Assembly (NCBI GenBank): GCA_036835995.1
Contig: DAITKX010000002.1
Span: forward strand, 48,433-112,432
From: Bacillota bacterium
GTDB lineage: Bacteria; Bacillota; Clostridia; Peptostreptococcales; Anaerovoracaceae
Direction: 5' to 3'
DNA: 64,000 bases
Shown: one piece after another, positions 40,913-50,837 of the stretch
Numbering within the stretch: position 1 is the first letter of the stretch
Layout: every line of letters starts with the position of its first letter
Notes under the pieces: generated by a model
What the model saw: only the letters and a program-made list of their open reading frames with translations
Told to the model about the DNA's origin: nothing
Databases searched by the model: none
Program-made: the position numbers and the translations under genes

Positions 40913-41394
40913 AATCTCCCTCTCATAATCTTCTGCTTGGCCCGATAAAAGGTCACCCGCGCCCAGTTCTCATTTTTTTGAAACAGCTCCCCGATCTCCC
41001 TGAATGAGAAAGCCCCCGTTATTCTCAAAAGAACCACTTCTTTTGCAATGGGTTCAAGAACGTGCACCGCCTTGAACACCTGCATCTTCTCTGTGTTGAG
41101 AAGATGTTTCTCTTCCACAGATAATTCATCGGAGGCAAGGGAGGCAAGCTCTTCATCCAGGGCGGACGTTCTATGCCGCTTGCTTTTCTCGATTTCCCGA
41201 TACCAAAGATGCTTTGCAATCTGGCAGAGCCAGGTGGAAACCTTGCAGGAACCGTCAAAGCGGGCGGATGATTTTACCGCCTGGTAAAACGTTTCTTGCG
41301 TCAGCTCTTCCGCGATGTTCCTGTCGTTGCACAGGCTAAGCAAATATTTATACACAAATTCAGCATAATTCCGGTATGCGTCGTCCATGTTCAT
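40909..41394 (-). CDS. ECF RNA polymerase sigma factor
   Basis: AEELTQETF, STWLCQIAK, SFREIG..WARVTFYRAK. Confidence 0.93.
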   Translation of the reverse strand: MNMDDAYRNYAEFVYKYLLSLCNDRNIAEELTQETFYQAVKSSARFDGSCKVSTWLCQIAKHLWYREIEKSKRHRTSALDEELASLASDELSVEEKHLLNTEKMQVFKAVHVLEPIAKEVVLLRITGAFSFREIGELFQKNENWARVTFYRAKQKIMRGRL

Positions 41395-41590
41395 TCCGCC
41401 TCTTCACCTCCCTCGCCTTATATATCCGCTAAGTCCGCAATTCGTTACATCATCTTTCACATTTTTAAACCCCTCAATATCATATCAAGGGGTTTAGAAT
41501 TGTCGCACTGTTATAATTAATCCGGATCATTTACTTTTCGGGCTGTTCCGCCGGAGCTTATTCTAAAGCCGAATAGCAGGCTTAAATCTC

Positions 41591-43417
41591 CTACTTAATA
41601 TCATATTTTTTCAGTTTGCTGTAGAAGGCGGTTTTGCCGATACCCAGATATTGAAAGGTCTTTACATGATTATTTCCGTTTATCCTCAGGGCTTCCATGA
41701 TGATTTCCTTTTCGTGGGAAGCCATCATCTGATCCAGAGTCGACGCGCTCAGGCTGTGGCCGCCGTCCCCTTTCCTGCCCTTCAGCAGCAGATGCTCCGG
41801 ATAGATGATCTCCTTTTCGCAGAGCACGAAAGCCCGTTCGATCATATTCTCCATCTCCCGGACGTTTCCCGGATAGTCATAGGAGAGCAGCAGTTTATGC
41901 GCCTTTGCGGAGAGGATTTTGTGCCCGCCGGACTCCTTGTTATTCTTTTCCATAATGTACTCGATCATCGGGCCGATATCCTCCCGCCGGTTTCTTATGG
42001 CGGCGATGTCGATCGGCAGAATGTTCAGCCTGTAAAACAGGTCCTCGCGAAACCGACGGTTGAGGATCTCCTCTTCAATGTTTTTATTTGTCGCGGTGAT
42101 GATCCTTACGTTTACCTTGGTTTCAACATCGCTTCCAACACGGTAAAAGGACCTCTTCTGAATGAAGAGCAAAAGCTTGGCCTGCATTTCCAGCGGCATG
42201 TCGCCGATTTCATCCAGAAAGACCGTACCCCCGTCGGCCAACTCCAGGATACCGTTTTTCCCTTCCGGACGTGCTCCGGTGAAAGCGCCCTTTTCATACC
42301 CGAACAGTTCGCTCTCCAGCAATTCCTTCGGGATTGCGCAGCAGTTTATCTCCACAAAGGGAAAGGAGGCGCGCTTGCTCCTTTCATGGATTTTTTTCGC
42401 GATATAGGATTTCCCCGTTCCGCTTTCCCCCAGAATCAGCACGCTGCTCTCGCTTCGGGCCGCCTTGATCGCAAGTCGTTTGACCTCTTTCATCGCCACG
42501 CTGACGCCGATTATTTCCGGGAATAGATCCTCCTGATGATACTCGCCTTTCAGCTTTTCCAGCTCGTTGAGGGCAGCGCTCAACTCCGACTGAGACTTTT
42601 CCAGCTTGGAAACATCCGTCATCGTCAGCAGCGCCCCGCATCTTTCACCGTCCACATCGATGGGATGAATGGAGGACATTACGGTAAATCCGTTCATATC
42701 GCTCAGCTTATTCTCCAGATAGCCGTCGCTTTTTCCGCAGGCGCAGTTGACCAGGTCGATGGTGAGCGCGTTTTCCGCGTGAAAGCTGTAGATGTTCGTT
42801 CCCTCCACGTCCATATTGAAAAGACCCTCCTTCAGCTTAAAGGAGGCGCAGCGCATGATGTCGGAAAGAGCTTCCCTTCTCGCGGTATAGCCCTTCATCT
42901 GATAGAAGACCAATTCACGGTTTCTGAGAATGACGGCGTTGGCGATATTGAGAAAATAGTCGAGTACGAACTCGCCGCCGTTCACGCTGATGACGGTTTT
43001 TTTGTTATAATAATCGATGGCGCAGGATAATTTCTGTCCGTCGATTTCACAGGAAAGCTCGTGTACCCCGCTGCCGCTGTCCTCAATTATTTTATAGTGA
43101 GCCGAGCGGGGGGAATTTTTTCGGCCGATGTAGAGGAGACCGCAGCCTCGAATATCTCTCTCGCACTTTACTCCGTATTCCTTTAAAATTTCGGGATTGA
43201 GTCCGCCGTCGTCGTCGCCGACAGAGGTGTCCGCAAACAGCAATAGATCCCCCTCTTCCAGTCTGCCGGCCTTGTGGGAGGTTTCGTAGTAAGCGGAGAG
43301 GCCGAGGATTTCCTTCGCCTTTGAATTGTATTTAATAATTGTACCGTTCCTGTCAATGAGGATGACTCCCTCGGAGATGTATTCCTCGATGGGAATTTCG
43401 TTCAGTTTGTCCCGCAT
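41591..43417 (-). CDS. Sigma54-dependent enhancer-binding protein (PAS-like, AAA+, HTH)
   Basis: GESGTGKS, GAFTGA, FLDEIGDM, FREDLFYRL, YPGNVRE, C-terminal HTH. Confidence 0.93.
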   Translation of the reverse strand: MRDKLNEIPIEEYISEGVILIDRNGTIIKYNSKAKEILGLSAYYETSHKAGRLEEGDLLLFADTSVGDDDGGLNPEILKEYGVKCERDIRGCGLLYIGRKNSPRSAHYKIIEDSGSGVHELSCEIDGQKLSCAIDYYNKKTVISVNGGEFVLDYFLNIANAVILRNRELVFYQMKGYTARREALSDIMRCASFKLKEGLFNMDVEGTNIYSFHAENALTIDLVNCACGKSDGYLENKLSDMNGFTVMSSIHPIDVDGERCGALLTMTDVSKLEKSQSELSAALNELEKLKGEYHQEDLFPEIIGVSVAMKEVKRLAIKAARSESSVLILGESGTGKSYIAKKIHERSKRASFPFVEINCCAIPKELLESELFGYEKGAFTGARPEGKNGILELADGGTVFLDEIGDMPLEMQAKLLLFIQKRSFYRVGSDVETKVNVRIITATNKNIEEEILNRRFREDLFYRLNILPIDIAAIRNRREDIGPMIEYIMEKNNKESGGHKILSAKAHKLLLSYDYPGNVREMENMIERAFVLCEKEIIYPEHLLLKGRKGDGGHSLSASTLDQMMASHEKEIIMEALRINGNNHVKTFQYLGIGKTAFYSKLKKYDIK

Positions 43418-43525
43418 CTCGTCTCCCTTCCGGCTTCAGCCGCGCTTTGAGGTTTCATGCTGGCATTATTATACCCTGAAAAGAAAGGAAGGACAATACC
43501 CGGCCAAGCTTGAAAGGCTATTTTC

Positions 43526-43559
43526 GTTCAGAGTTCCGAACGGGTTCGCCTTTCCGAAC
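43526..43559. promoter_or_regulatory. Tandem upstream activator sites for the adjacent bEBP
   Basis: GTTCAGAGTTCCGAAC and GTTCGCCTTTCCGAAC (GTTC-N8-GAAC) at an 18-bp period, about 90-120 bp upstream of -24. Confidence 0.65.
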
Positions 43560-43647
43560 CCCACCCTTGTCCTGAAAGAATATCCTCTCCCCCTTTCAGC
43601 CCTTAAAATCAGGGGGTTCAGCAAAAATATCGAATTTTGAAATATTT

Positions 43648-43663
43648 TGGTACAGGTATTGCT
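43648..43663 (+). promoter_or_regulatory. Sigma54 -24/-12 promoter of lysP-lysA-dppA
   Basis: TGGTAC-AGGTA-TTGCT (GG-N10-GC). Confidence 0.85.
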
Positions 43664-43709
43664 ATTTATCTATTCTATAGAAACAAAAAATACACTTAGG
43701 AGGAAAAAC

Positions 43710-45164
43710 ATGAAAGCTACAACAGAAAGCAATGAAATGCAAATGCAGAGAAGCTTGAAGCCAAGGCATATGGTTTCAATCGGCGGAGCCATCGGCACCG
43801 GTCTGTTCGTCGCGACCGGAAGCTCTTTGAGCACCGCCGGACCGGGCGGCGCGCTGGTCGCTTACGGTATCATAGGTATTATGGTTTATTTTTTGATGAC
43901 CAGCTTAGGCGAAATGGCAACGCATCTGCCCGTCGCAGGCTCCTTTGAAACCTATGCGACGAGATACGTGGATTCCGCCCTCGGTTTTGCGCTGGGATGG
44001 AATTACTGGTATAATTGGGCTATTACAGTGGCCTGCGAACTTGTGGCGGGAGTCATCGTCATCAAATTCTGGTTTCCGAACGCTTCCGAATTCCTGGTAT
44101 GCACGCTCTTTTTAGCGCTGCTGTTCGGCCTGAACTATTACTCCGCAAGATCCTACGGGGAAAGCGAGTTCTGGTTCGCAGGCATCAAGGTCGTTACGAT
44201 TATTATATTTTTAGTGGTCGGCGTGCTGATGATCTTTGGAATTCTCGGCGGACATTCCCCCGGATTTGCCAACTGGACCCTCAAGGACGCCCCCTTTGTC
44301 GGAGGCGCGATGGCGACGATCAACATATTTATGATTGCCGGCTTCTCCTTTGGAGGAGTGGAAATCGTGGCGGTAGCTTCCGGAGAAAGCGAAGATCCGA
44401 CGAAAAACGTCCCCAAGGCGATCAAGACCATATTCTGGAGAATTATGCTCTTCTACATAGGCGCCATCGCCATCATCGGGTTCCTGCTTCCCTACACGGA
44501 CCCCAATTTATTGAGAAGCAGCCTTGAGAACGTCGCCGTCAGCCCGTTTACGCTGATCTTTGAAAGAGCCGGACTGGCTGCCGCGGCATCGATTATGAAC
44601 GCCGTCATTCTGACGTCCATTCTCTCCTGCGGAAATTCATCCCTGTACGTGTCCTCGCGGATGCTTTACGCCCTGGCGAAAGAGGGCAAGGCTCCGGCGA
44701 TATTCGGCAGACTGAATAAGCGGGGAGTTCCTGTCATCGCCCTGATCGCCACGACAGTGATCGGTGCCGCCTGTTTCCTTACGACCTCCTTTGGCGAAGG
44801 CGTCGTATATAACTGGCTCGTGAACGCCGCCGGGCTGGCGGGCTTTATCACCTGGTTCGGAATTGCCATCTGCCATTTCAAATTCAGGAAGGCCTTCATC
44901 GCCCAGGGGCATGATTTATCCGAGCTGAAGTTTAAAGCAAAATTCTATCCCTTTGGTCCGATCTTCGCAATGGCTCTGTGCCTCTTCGTAACCCTGGGGC
45001 AGAACTACGGCGCCTTCCTGGGAGACACGATAGACTGGCAGGGACTCCTGGTTTCCTATATCGGGCTGCCCCTGGTCCTGATCCTTTATATCGTGTACAA
45101 AATCGTCAAAAAGACCAAGTGGATCAAGCCGGAGGACGCGGACCTGAGCAGCGCGGAAAATTAA
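43710..45164 (+). CDS. lysP: Lysine-specific permease-like APC transporter
   Basis: IGGAIGTGLF, YGESEFWFAGIKV, IFWRI, SPFT. Start at ATG 43710 after AGGAGG. Confidence 0.85.
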   Translation: MKATTESNEMQMQRSLKPRHMVSIGGAIGTGLFVATGSSLSTAGPGGALVAYGIIGIMVYFLMTSLGEMATHLPVAGSFETYATRYVDSALGFALGWNYWYNWAITVACELVAGVIVIKFWFPNASEFLVCTLFLALLFGLNYYSARSYGESEFWFAGIKVVTIIIFLVVGVLMIFGILGGHSPGFANWTLKDAPFVGGAMATINIFMIAGFSFGGVEIVAVASGESEDPTKNVPKAIKTIFWRIMLFYIGAIAIIGFLLPYTDPNLLRSSLENVAVSPFTLIFERAGLAAAASIMNAVILTSILSCGNSSLYVSSRMLYALAKEGKAPAIFGRLNKRGVPVIALIATTVIGAACFLTTSFGEGVVYNWLVNAAGLAGFITWFGIAICHFKFRKAFIAQGHDLSELKFKAKFYPFGPIFAMALCLFVTLGQNYGAFLGDTIDWQGLLVSYIGLPLVLILYIVYKIVKKTKWIKPEDADLSSAEN

Positions 45165-45230
45165 TCTGGGCAGCGCGATAAATTAAATGACAGCTTATCG
45201 GCTTAATATAAACTTACAAGGAGAAACAAA

Positions 45231-46520
45231 ATGACAAAGAACAGCAATTTCCACTTTTCCGGAGTGGATACGGTGGCGCTGGCGCAAAAATACGGCACGC
45301 CCCTCTATGTGATGAGCGAGGATATCATCAGGGAAAAGATCGGCGTAATAAAGAAATCCTTTCTGGAGAAATATCCGAATACAAGAGCGTTTTATGCGAG
45401 TAAAGCCTTCCTGAGCCTGGGGATGTGCAAAATTCTGAAGGACGAGGGGCTTGGCGTGGACGCCGTCTCCTGCGGCGAAATTTTTACCGCTCTGAAAGCC
45501 GGCATCAGCGCCCAAGACATCGTATTTCACGGAAACAATAAAACCCGGGAGGACCTTCAGTTCGCCATCTCCCATTCCATCGGCAAGATCGTAGTCGACA
45601 GCGTATCGGAGATCGAATTGCTCTCCGAGCTTCTGCGCGGCCAGGAGAAAAAGGTCAATGTGCTGATCCGCATCAATCCTTCCGTCGAGGTAGAAACCCA
45701 TCAATACATGAGTACGGGCCAGAGCGACAGCAAGTTCGGCGTCCCCCTCATCCGACTGCTGGATGCGGTCAGCCTGATCAACGCCTCTAAAGATATGCAC
45801 TACTCGGGTCTGCACTTCCATATCGGCTCACAGCTCTACAAGACGGATTTCTACATCAGTGCGGTGAAAAAAGCGGTGGCGTTAATCGACCGGATCAAGG
45901 GGGATCTGGGAAACAGCACCGAAGTGCTCAACATCGGCGGCGGCTACGGGGTCGACTATGTCGAACGTGAGAAAACCGTTGATTTTTCCAAGTTTATTGG
46001 CGTCATCATGGAGGAAATCGACCGCCTGTTTCATGAAAGGGAGCTGAACAGACCTGAGGTTTACATAGAGCCGGGCCGCTGGATCGTCGCGGAAGCGGGA
46101 ATCACACTGTATCAAATCGGAGTGATCAAGGAAATTCCCGGCGTAAGGACCTATGCCTCCGTCGACGGCGGAATGCCGGATAACATCCGCCCCTCTCTTT
46201 ATGGCGCGAAATACGACGCCGTGGCAGCGAACAAAGCAGACCAGCCGAAGGACACGCTGGTGACCATCGCAGGAAAATGCTGTGAAACAGGCGACATTCT
46301 GATCCGTGATATCCTGCTGCCTAAGCTGGAGCGGGGGGACTTTCTTGCGGTTCTGGATACGGGCGCGTATAATTATTCCATGGCCAATAATTACAACATG
46401 ACGCCGAAAGCGGCGCTGGTATTTCTTAAGGATGGCGAAGCCCGCCTGTCGATACGCCGCCAGAGCTATGACGACCTTCTTGCTCAGGAAAACATGGATG
46501 AAGGGGATGAAAATAAATGA
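45231..46520 (+). CDS. lysA: Diaminopimelate decarboxylase
   Basis: YGTPLYV, YASKAF, HGNNK, SKFG, HFHIGSQ, IEPGR, GKCCETGD, GAY. Confidence 0.92.
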   Translation: MTKNSNFHFSGVDTVALAQKYGTPLYVMSEDIIREKIGVIKKSFLEKYPNTRAFYASKAFLSLGMCKILKDEGLGVDAVSCGEIFTALKAGISAQDIVFHGNNKTREDLQFAISHSIGKIVVDSVSEIELLSELLRGQEKKVNVLIRINPSVEVETHQYMSTGQSDSKFGVPLIRLLDAVSLINASKDMHYSGLHFHIGSQLYKTDFYISAVKKAVALIDRIKGDLGNSTEVLNIGGGYGVDYVEREKTVDFSKFIGVIMEEIDRLFHERELNRPEVYIEPGRWIVAEAGITLYQIGVIKEIPGVRTYASVDGGMPDNIRPSLYGAKYDAVAANKADQPKDTLVTIAGKCCETGDILIRDILLPKLERGDFLAVLDTGAYNYSMANNYNMTPKAALVFLKDGEARLSIRRQSYDDLLAQENMDEGDENK

Positions 46521-47314
46521 AGGTATTTATAAGCGCAGATATGGAAGGACTGACTACAACCACTTTGGCAGACGACTATACGTCCGGCACCCGGGCTTAT
46601 CCTTTTCATGCGAGGCAGATGACGGCGGAGGTAGTCGCCGCATGTGAAGGCGCAATCAAGGCGGGCGCGACGGAAATTCACATCAAGGACGCCCACGATG
46701 ACGGGAACAATATCGATGCGTCTCTGCTCCCAAAATGCACGAAGCTGATTAAAAGTTGGTCCGGCCATCCCTACGGCATGGCCGAGGGGATCGATTCCTC
46801 CTTCGACGCCTGCCTGTTCATCGGGTATCATGCCGCGGCGGCGTGCAACGGCAACCCTCTCTCCCACACCATCACCCATAAGCCGTTTTCGGTAAAAATA
46901 AACGGAAGCCTCGCCAGCGAGTTTACGATCTACGGCTACGTCGCCGCACTGGAAGGGGTGCCTGTGGTCTTTCTTTCGGGAGACAGACAGATCTGCGAGG
47001 ACGCAAAAGCCCAGCATTCCCCCATCATAACCGCGGCGGTCAAAGAGGGAATCGGGGCGGCTACCATTTCCCTGCAGCCGGAGGCTGCCTGCGACCTGAT
47101 CCGTGAAAAGGCGGAGCTATCGCTGAAAGGCGATCTCAGCAAAGCAAAAATCACGCTTCCGGATGATTTTTACGTGGAAATCTGTTATCACGAGCACTTT
47201 TACGCAGAGCAGATGTCCTACTTCCCCGGCGTTAAAAAGGTTGACGCCCATACCATATCCTTTACGACAAAGGATTACTTCGAGGTCAAGCGGCTCCTCT
47301 CCTTTGTGCTGTAA
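46517..47314 (+). CDS. dppA: M55 D-aminopeptidase (DppA family)
   Basis: ISADMEG, DAH, IGYH, LSHT. Confidence 0.9.
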   Translation: MKVFISADMEGLTTTTLADDYTSGTRAYPFHARQMTAEVVAACEGAIKAGATEIHIKDAHDDGNNIDASLLPKCTKLIKSWSGHPYGMAEGIDSSFDACLFIGYHAAAACNGNPLSHTITHKPFSVKINGSLASEFTIYGYVAALEGVPVVFLSGDRQICEDAKAQHSPIITAAVKEGIGAATISLQPEAACDLIREKAELSLKGDLSKAKITLPDDFYVEICYHEHFYAEQMSYFPGVKKVDAHTISFTTKDYFEVKRLLSFVL

Positions 47315-47358
47315 ACTGATTCGGGCCCGATATTCGGGCCCGTTCAAATTTTCAGTTT
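47313..47358. terminator. Hairpin between convergent dppA and ftsW-like genes
   Basis: CGGGCCCGA-TAT-TCGGGCCCG with outer AAACTGA/TCAGTTT. Confidence 0.6.
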
Positions 47359-47433
47359 GCGTCTCCTCCTAACGCAGGATTGTTGTCAACCAATATTCCC
47401 TGGACAGATTCCCTCTCATTGAGCTTTGTCAAC

Positions 47434-48828
47434 TCATTGATCCTTGAAATTGATCGTCAGCGTTCCATCATTCCATGAGATAAATCTATTGAGCCTGGCG
47501 GCGGTCAAAATTTTTCCATCCGCCGCGGCGTCGCCGGTCCGGAACACCGAAAGCATAAAGCCGACCAACACAAGGTTTATTACCGTTGCCGCACTGCCGT
47601 ATGAAATAAAGGGCAGCGAAACCGGCGCAACCAGGATAAAACCGAGATTAAACGCAATATAGCTGATCACCTGCATACAGAACGTCATCATAATCGCCAT
47701 GGACACGAATAATCCCAGGCTGCTTTTCTGCTTGAGGCAGAGCATAAATCCTTTCACGATGAAGAAGAGAGACGCGCTTAATATGACCGCAAAGGCAACC
47801 CATCCAAAAAGCGAGATCAGCGCCGTCAGAAGCAAGTCCGTATAGTACATTTGATGCGGCAGAATCAAATCCGTGTAAAAAACCTGACTCGGCTCTGTCA
47901 ATCCCGAGATATACCCCTTCGGTATCGTTCCCTTGCCGAAAAACGCTGCGCCCCTTAACAATTCCCTTACGATTACACCTATATACCCCGCGCCGTTTGG
48001 GTCGATATACGGATTGAAGGCCACCGCCAAGCGGCTCCATCCATTCTGGGTCATGTTTATTAACGCCGCGATTGCGAGCAGGACCCCAGGGGAAAGGATC
48101 AGTGAAAATCCATATGACCTTTTCGTGCCAAACCAGTTTTTATAAACAGCGATTCCTAAAAGCGCCGTTCCGATGACTGCAAGCTGCAAAAAACTCCCGA
48201 TAGACGGGACGTAAAGGGAGAGACAGCACGACAACACAAGAGCCGATTCGCATAATAGTATCCCTAAATAACCCTTGTTTCTCGCCGCGAAAACGATCGC
48301 TGAAAACGCGAGGGGGAGCAGCAAAATGATATACTGGGCGTAATATGACTTACCGTTCAGGGTTGGCGAAAATAGAAGCACCGCTATAAAAAGCGAGATA
48401 ACGCCAAAATATATTACCTTTGGGTGCTTGCCGATAATTGTGAAGTCGGCAAAATAAGCGGAAATCATCCCCGCGATCCCGATTCCGGTATATGCTAACC
48501 TTAAACCGGTTCTGACCTCATCGCCAAAGACAAGCAGGCCGACTAAAAGACCCAGCGTCAGGAGCACCGCAGTCGCGGCAAACATGCCCCATTGCGGCCT
48601 CGGGCGATGAACCCTGTCGAGCTGCGCGCCTATCTCCGCCGCGCCACCGGTTTCGGCAAGGGCTTTTTCTGTCGCAGCCCTTTCATCGAAGCCCTGCGCC
48701 ATATAAGAATCCCTCCCGTCGATAATATGGTTCGTCATTTCTTCTGAAATCCGGGAACGGGCTTTTTTCCATCGAATTTGCTGACATACGTCATTTACAT
48801 ATTCATTGATTCTATCAAGCGAAGTCAT
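47434..48828 (-). CDS. FtsW/RodA/SpoVE family protein with N-terminal permease-prefix domain
   Basis: VCQQIRWK..EM.NHI..G..GAQLDRVHRP N-terminus; SLPFISYG. Start at ATG 48828. Confidence 0.85.
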   Translation of the reverse strand: MTSLDRINEYVNDVCQQIRWKKARSRISEEMTNHIIDGRDSYMAQGFDERAATEKALAETGGAAEIGAQLDRVHRPRPQWGMFAATAVLLTLGLLVGLLVFGDEVRTGLRLAYTGIGIAGMISAYFADFTIIGKHPKVIYFGVISLFIAVLLFSPTLNGKSYYAQYIILLLPLAFSAIVFAARNKGYLGILLCESALVLSCCLSLYVPSIGSFLQLAVIGTALLGIAVYKNWFGTKRSYGFSLILSPGVLLAIAALINMTQNGWSRLAVAFNPYIDPNGAGYIGVIVRELLRGAAFFGKGTIPKGYISGLTEPSQVFYTDLILPHQMYYTDLLLTALISLFGWVAFAVILSASLFFIVKGFMLCLKQKSSLGLFVSMAIMMTFCMQVISYIAFNLGFILVAPVSLPFISYGSAATVINLVLVGFMLSVFRTGDAAADGKILTAARLNRFISWNDGTLTINFKDQ

Positions 48829-49162
48829 AACCCGCACCTCCGTCCATAACGCGGCTGACCGCCTTAGCATACGCCTTCCATTCCGATTGCTTTTCTGCGA
48901 GGAGCCCCTTTCCCCGGCTTGTCAAGCGATAATATTTTCTCACCCGCCGGCTATCCGCGTTTTCATCGTAAGACATTACCATACCGTCATTTTCAAGGCC
49001 ATGCAAAATCGGATAAAGGGTTCCCGTTTTAAGGCGGAAGACATCCTCCGACCTCCGGGATAGCTCCTCTATGATTTGATAGCCGTACATGTCCTCTTCT
49101 TCCAGCAATCTGAGTATCAGCATTGCCGTGTTGCCCGAGAGCGCACCTTTATCCGCCGACAT
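48815..49162 (-). CDS. PadR family transcriptional regulator
   Basis: MYGYQI, GTLYPILH.LE, RKYYRLT..G. Confidence 0.93.
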   Translation of the reverse strand: MSADKGALSGNTAMLILRLLEEEDMYGYQIIEELSRRSEDVFRLKTGTLYPILHGLENDGMVMSYDENADSRRVRKYYRLTSRGKGLLAEKQSEWKAYAKAVSRVMDGGAGYDFA

Positions 49163-49176
49163 TTCAGCCTCCTCCT

Positions 49177-49227
49177 ATAAGTAGATTATCTACTTATCAA
49201 TATATATAGATAATCTACTTATGTCAA
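49177..49227 (-). promoter_or_regulatory. padR promoter with two palindromic operators
   Basis: Perfect ATAAGTAGAT-T-ATCTACTTAT (49177-49197), a second TAGATAATCTACTTAT copy, and TTGACA-17-TATATT on the minus strand. Confidence 0.75.
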
Positions 49228-49484
49228 GAGTGAAATAGAAATTTGCTTGGAAGCTATTGATGTCAGCTATCTGCATTTTTCGTGTTTCTGGTCTCTGCGT
49301 TTTGTGATTGGCGATGTACTATCATGAAACGTTATCTTTGAGCAATTCTACAATGCTTTCCTCGGAGCGCACCTTTGTTGCGAAGCCGAGGGCGATGGAG
49401 ACATCTTGGGTAATCTCCGCCATCTCCACATAGCTGACGGCCTCGGTCACTTCATCGAAGGTCAGGCCGTCTGTTCCGCTTTTG

Positions 49485-50082
49485 CTATGCGGAAACAGTT
49501 TCCTGCTTGCAGCGGTTTTCCTTTGCATCCTCGAAGATATGGCGCAGTGCTTTCTTGTCCTGCACCTCTTTGTATTCGGAATCCATTTCAACAAGTCCGT
49601 ATTTGTATCCTGCTTCCTCCATGATCTCGAGATATGGGATCGGATCAAAGTATTCCGGACTGTATACTCCGGTATCCTGCCAGATTCCCTTTCCAATCAG
49701 CTCGATTGCTATCGCAGCTCCGAACCCCGTCTGAGCTACCACTGCCTGCATTCCCCATTTTTCTACCGATTCCTGATTGTCAAATGGCTGGTACATGAAC
49801 AGTTCCCGTTTCATACCGTCTTTTATTCCGATGCAATGTACTCCGACTACCATTTTTCCGATCATTTCGTTTCCGATGTTCTTCGGCTGCGGTGCAGCTA
49901 CTGCCACTACGTCTCTTGGCCGGACCATCTTTCCGTCCACTTCGATTTCCTGCAGGCTTCTTAGTCCGATGGCATCGATTACTTTGAGTGCGTTGATCAG
50001 GTTATCGTCAAGCGCAATCTTAAATGAGCATTTTTTCAAGCCGTATTGTTCAAGATATCTTGGAATTGTAACAGTTTCCTCA
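49485..50082 (-). pseudogene. C-terminal half of a saccharopine dehydrogenase / carboxynorspermidine dehydrogenase family gene
   Basis: EETVTIPRYL..RPRDVV..QAVVAQTG..GVYSPEYFDP; no Rossmann N-terminus and no RBS. Confidence 0.75.
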
Positions 50083-50667
50083 ACTCGACATCGCATCATG
50101 ACCAAGGATGTTGATGAGGAGCAGAACAATGACGGTTCCCAGGATATAGCCTGATACTGTGGCAACCTCTAGGAAGCTGCCATAAAATCCTCTTTTCTTG
50201 ACGGGTGCATACTCTGCCATAAATGTGGCTGCGCCACCGTATTCACCGCCGGTTGAGAATCCTTGAAGCATACGGCACAAAATCAGGAGGATTGGCGCCG
50301 CAATGCCGATACTCTCCCTATTTGGGATGACCCCAATAAGGGTGGTGGCTCCGGCCATCAAGATAACCGTGGTCGCCAGTACCTTCTTTCGGCCGATCTT
50401 GTCACCCAATGCACCCCAAATGATAGCACCAAAGGGGCGAACGAGGAACGAGAGGGCAAAAGTGGCAAATGTCAGTATCATTCCTCCCTTTCCTGGGAAG
50501 AAATTCTCCATGATGTATATGGCTGTTACGGCGTAGACTCCGTAATCGAACCATTCCGTTCCATTGCCTATTGCAGATGCCGCAATGGCTTTACGCAAAA
50601 TTTTCATATCCACGGTTGCCTCGGGTGATGGCATTGCTGAAGTGAAGTTTTCAGTATTATTACTCAT
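50080..50667 (-). pseudogene. N-terminal half of a ProP-like MFS (MHS family) transporter
   Basis: GNGTEWFDYG, RPFG..GDKIGRK, QGFSTGGEYGGA; stops where the WGWRIPF motif is expected. Confidence 0.8.
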
Positions 50668-50837
50668 TTCTATCATCCTTTCTTTTTTTTCCCGCATTTA
50701 GTATGATTTTATAATTACCAGAACATTTTTTTAAATATTACGCTCCTTTCATTTATTATTTCAGCTTACATGAATGATATAAATTTCTAGTCTTGTATTT
50801 TCATTTTTCATTGCATTTTGTATGTGCAACAAAAGGA

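Noticed and set aside
49322..49484. Possible gene remnant (..GLTFDEVTEAVSYVEMAEI..)
   Set aside because: Protein-like, but it has no start or RBS and I cannot assign a family
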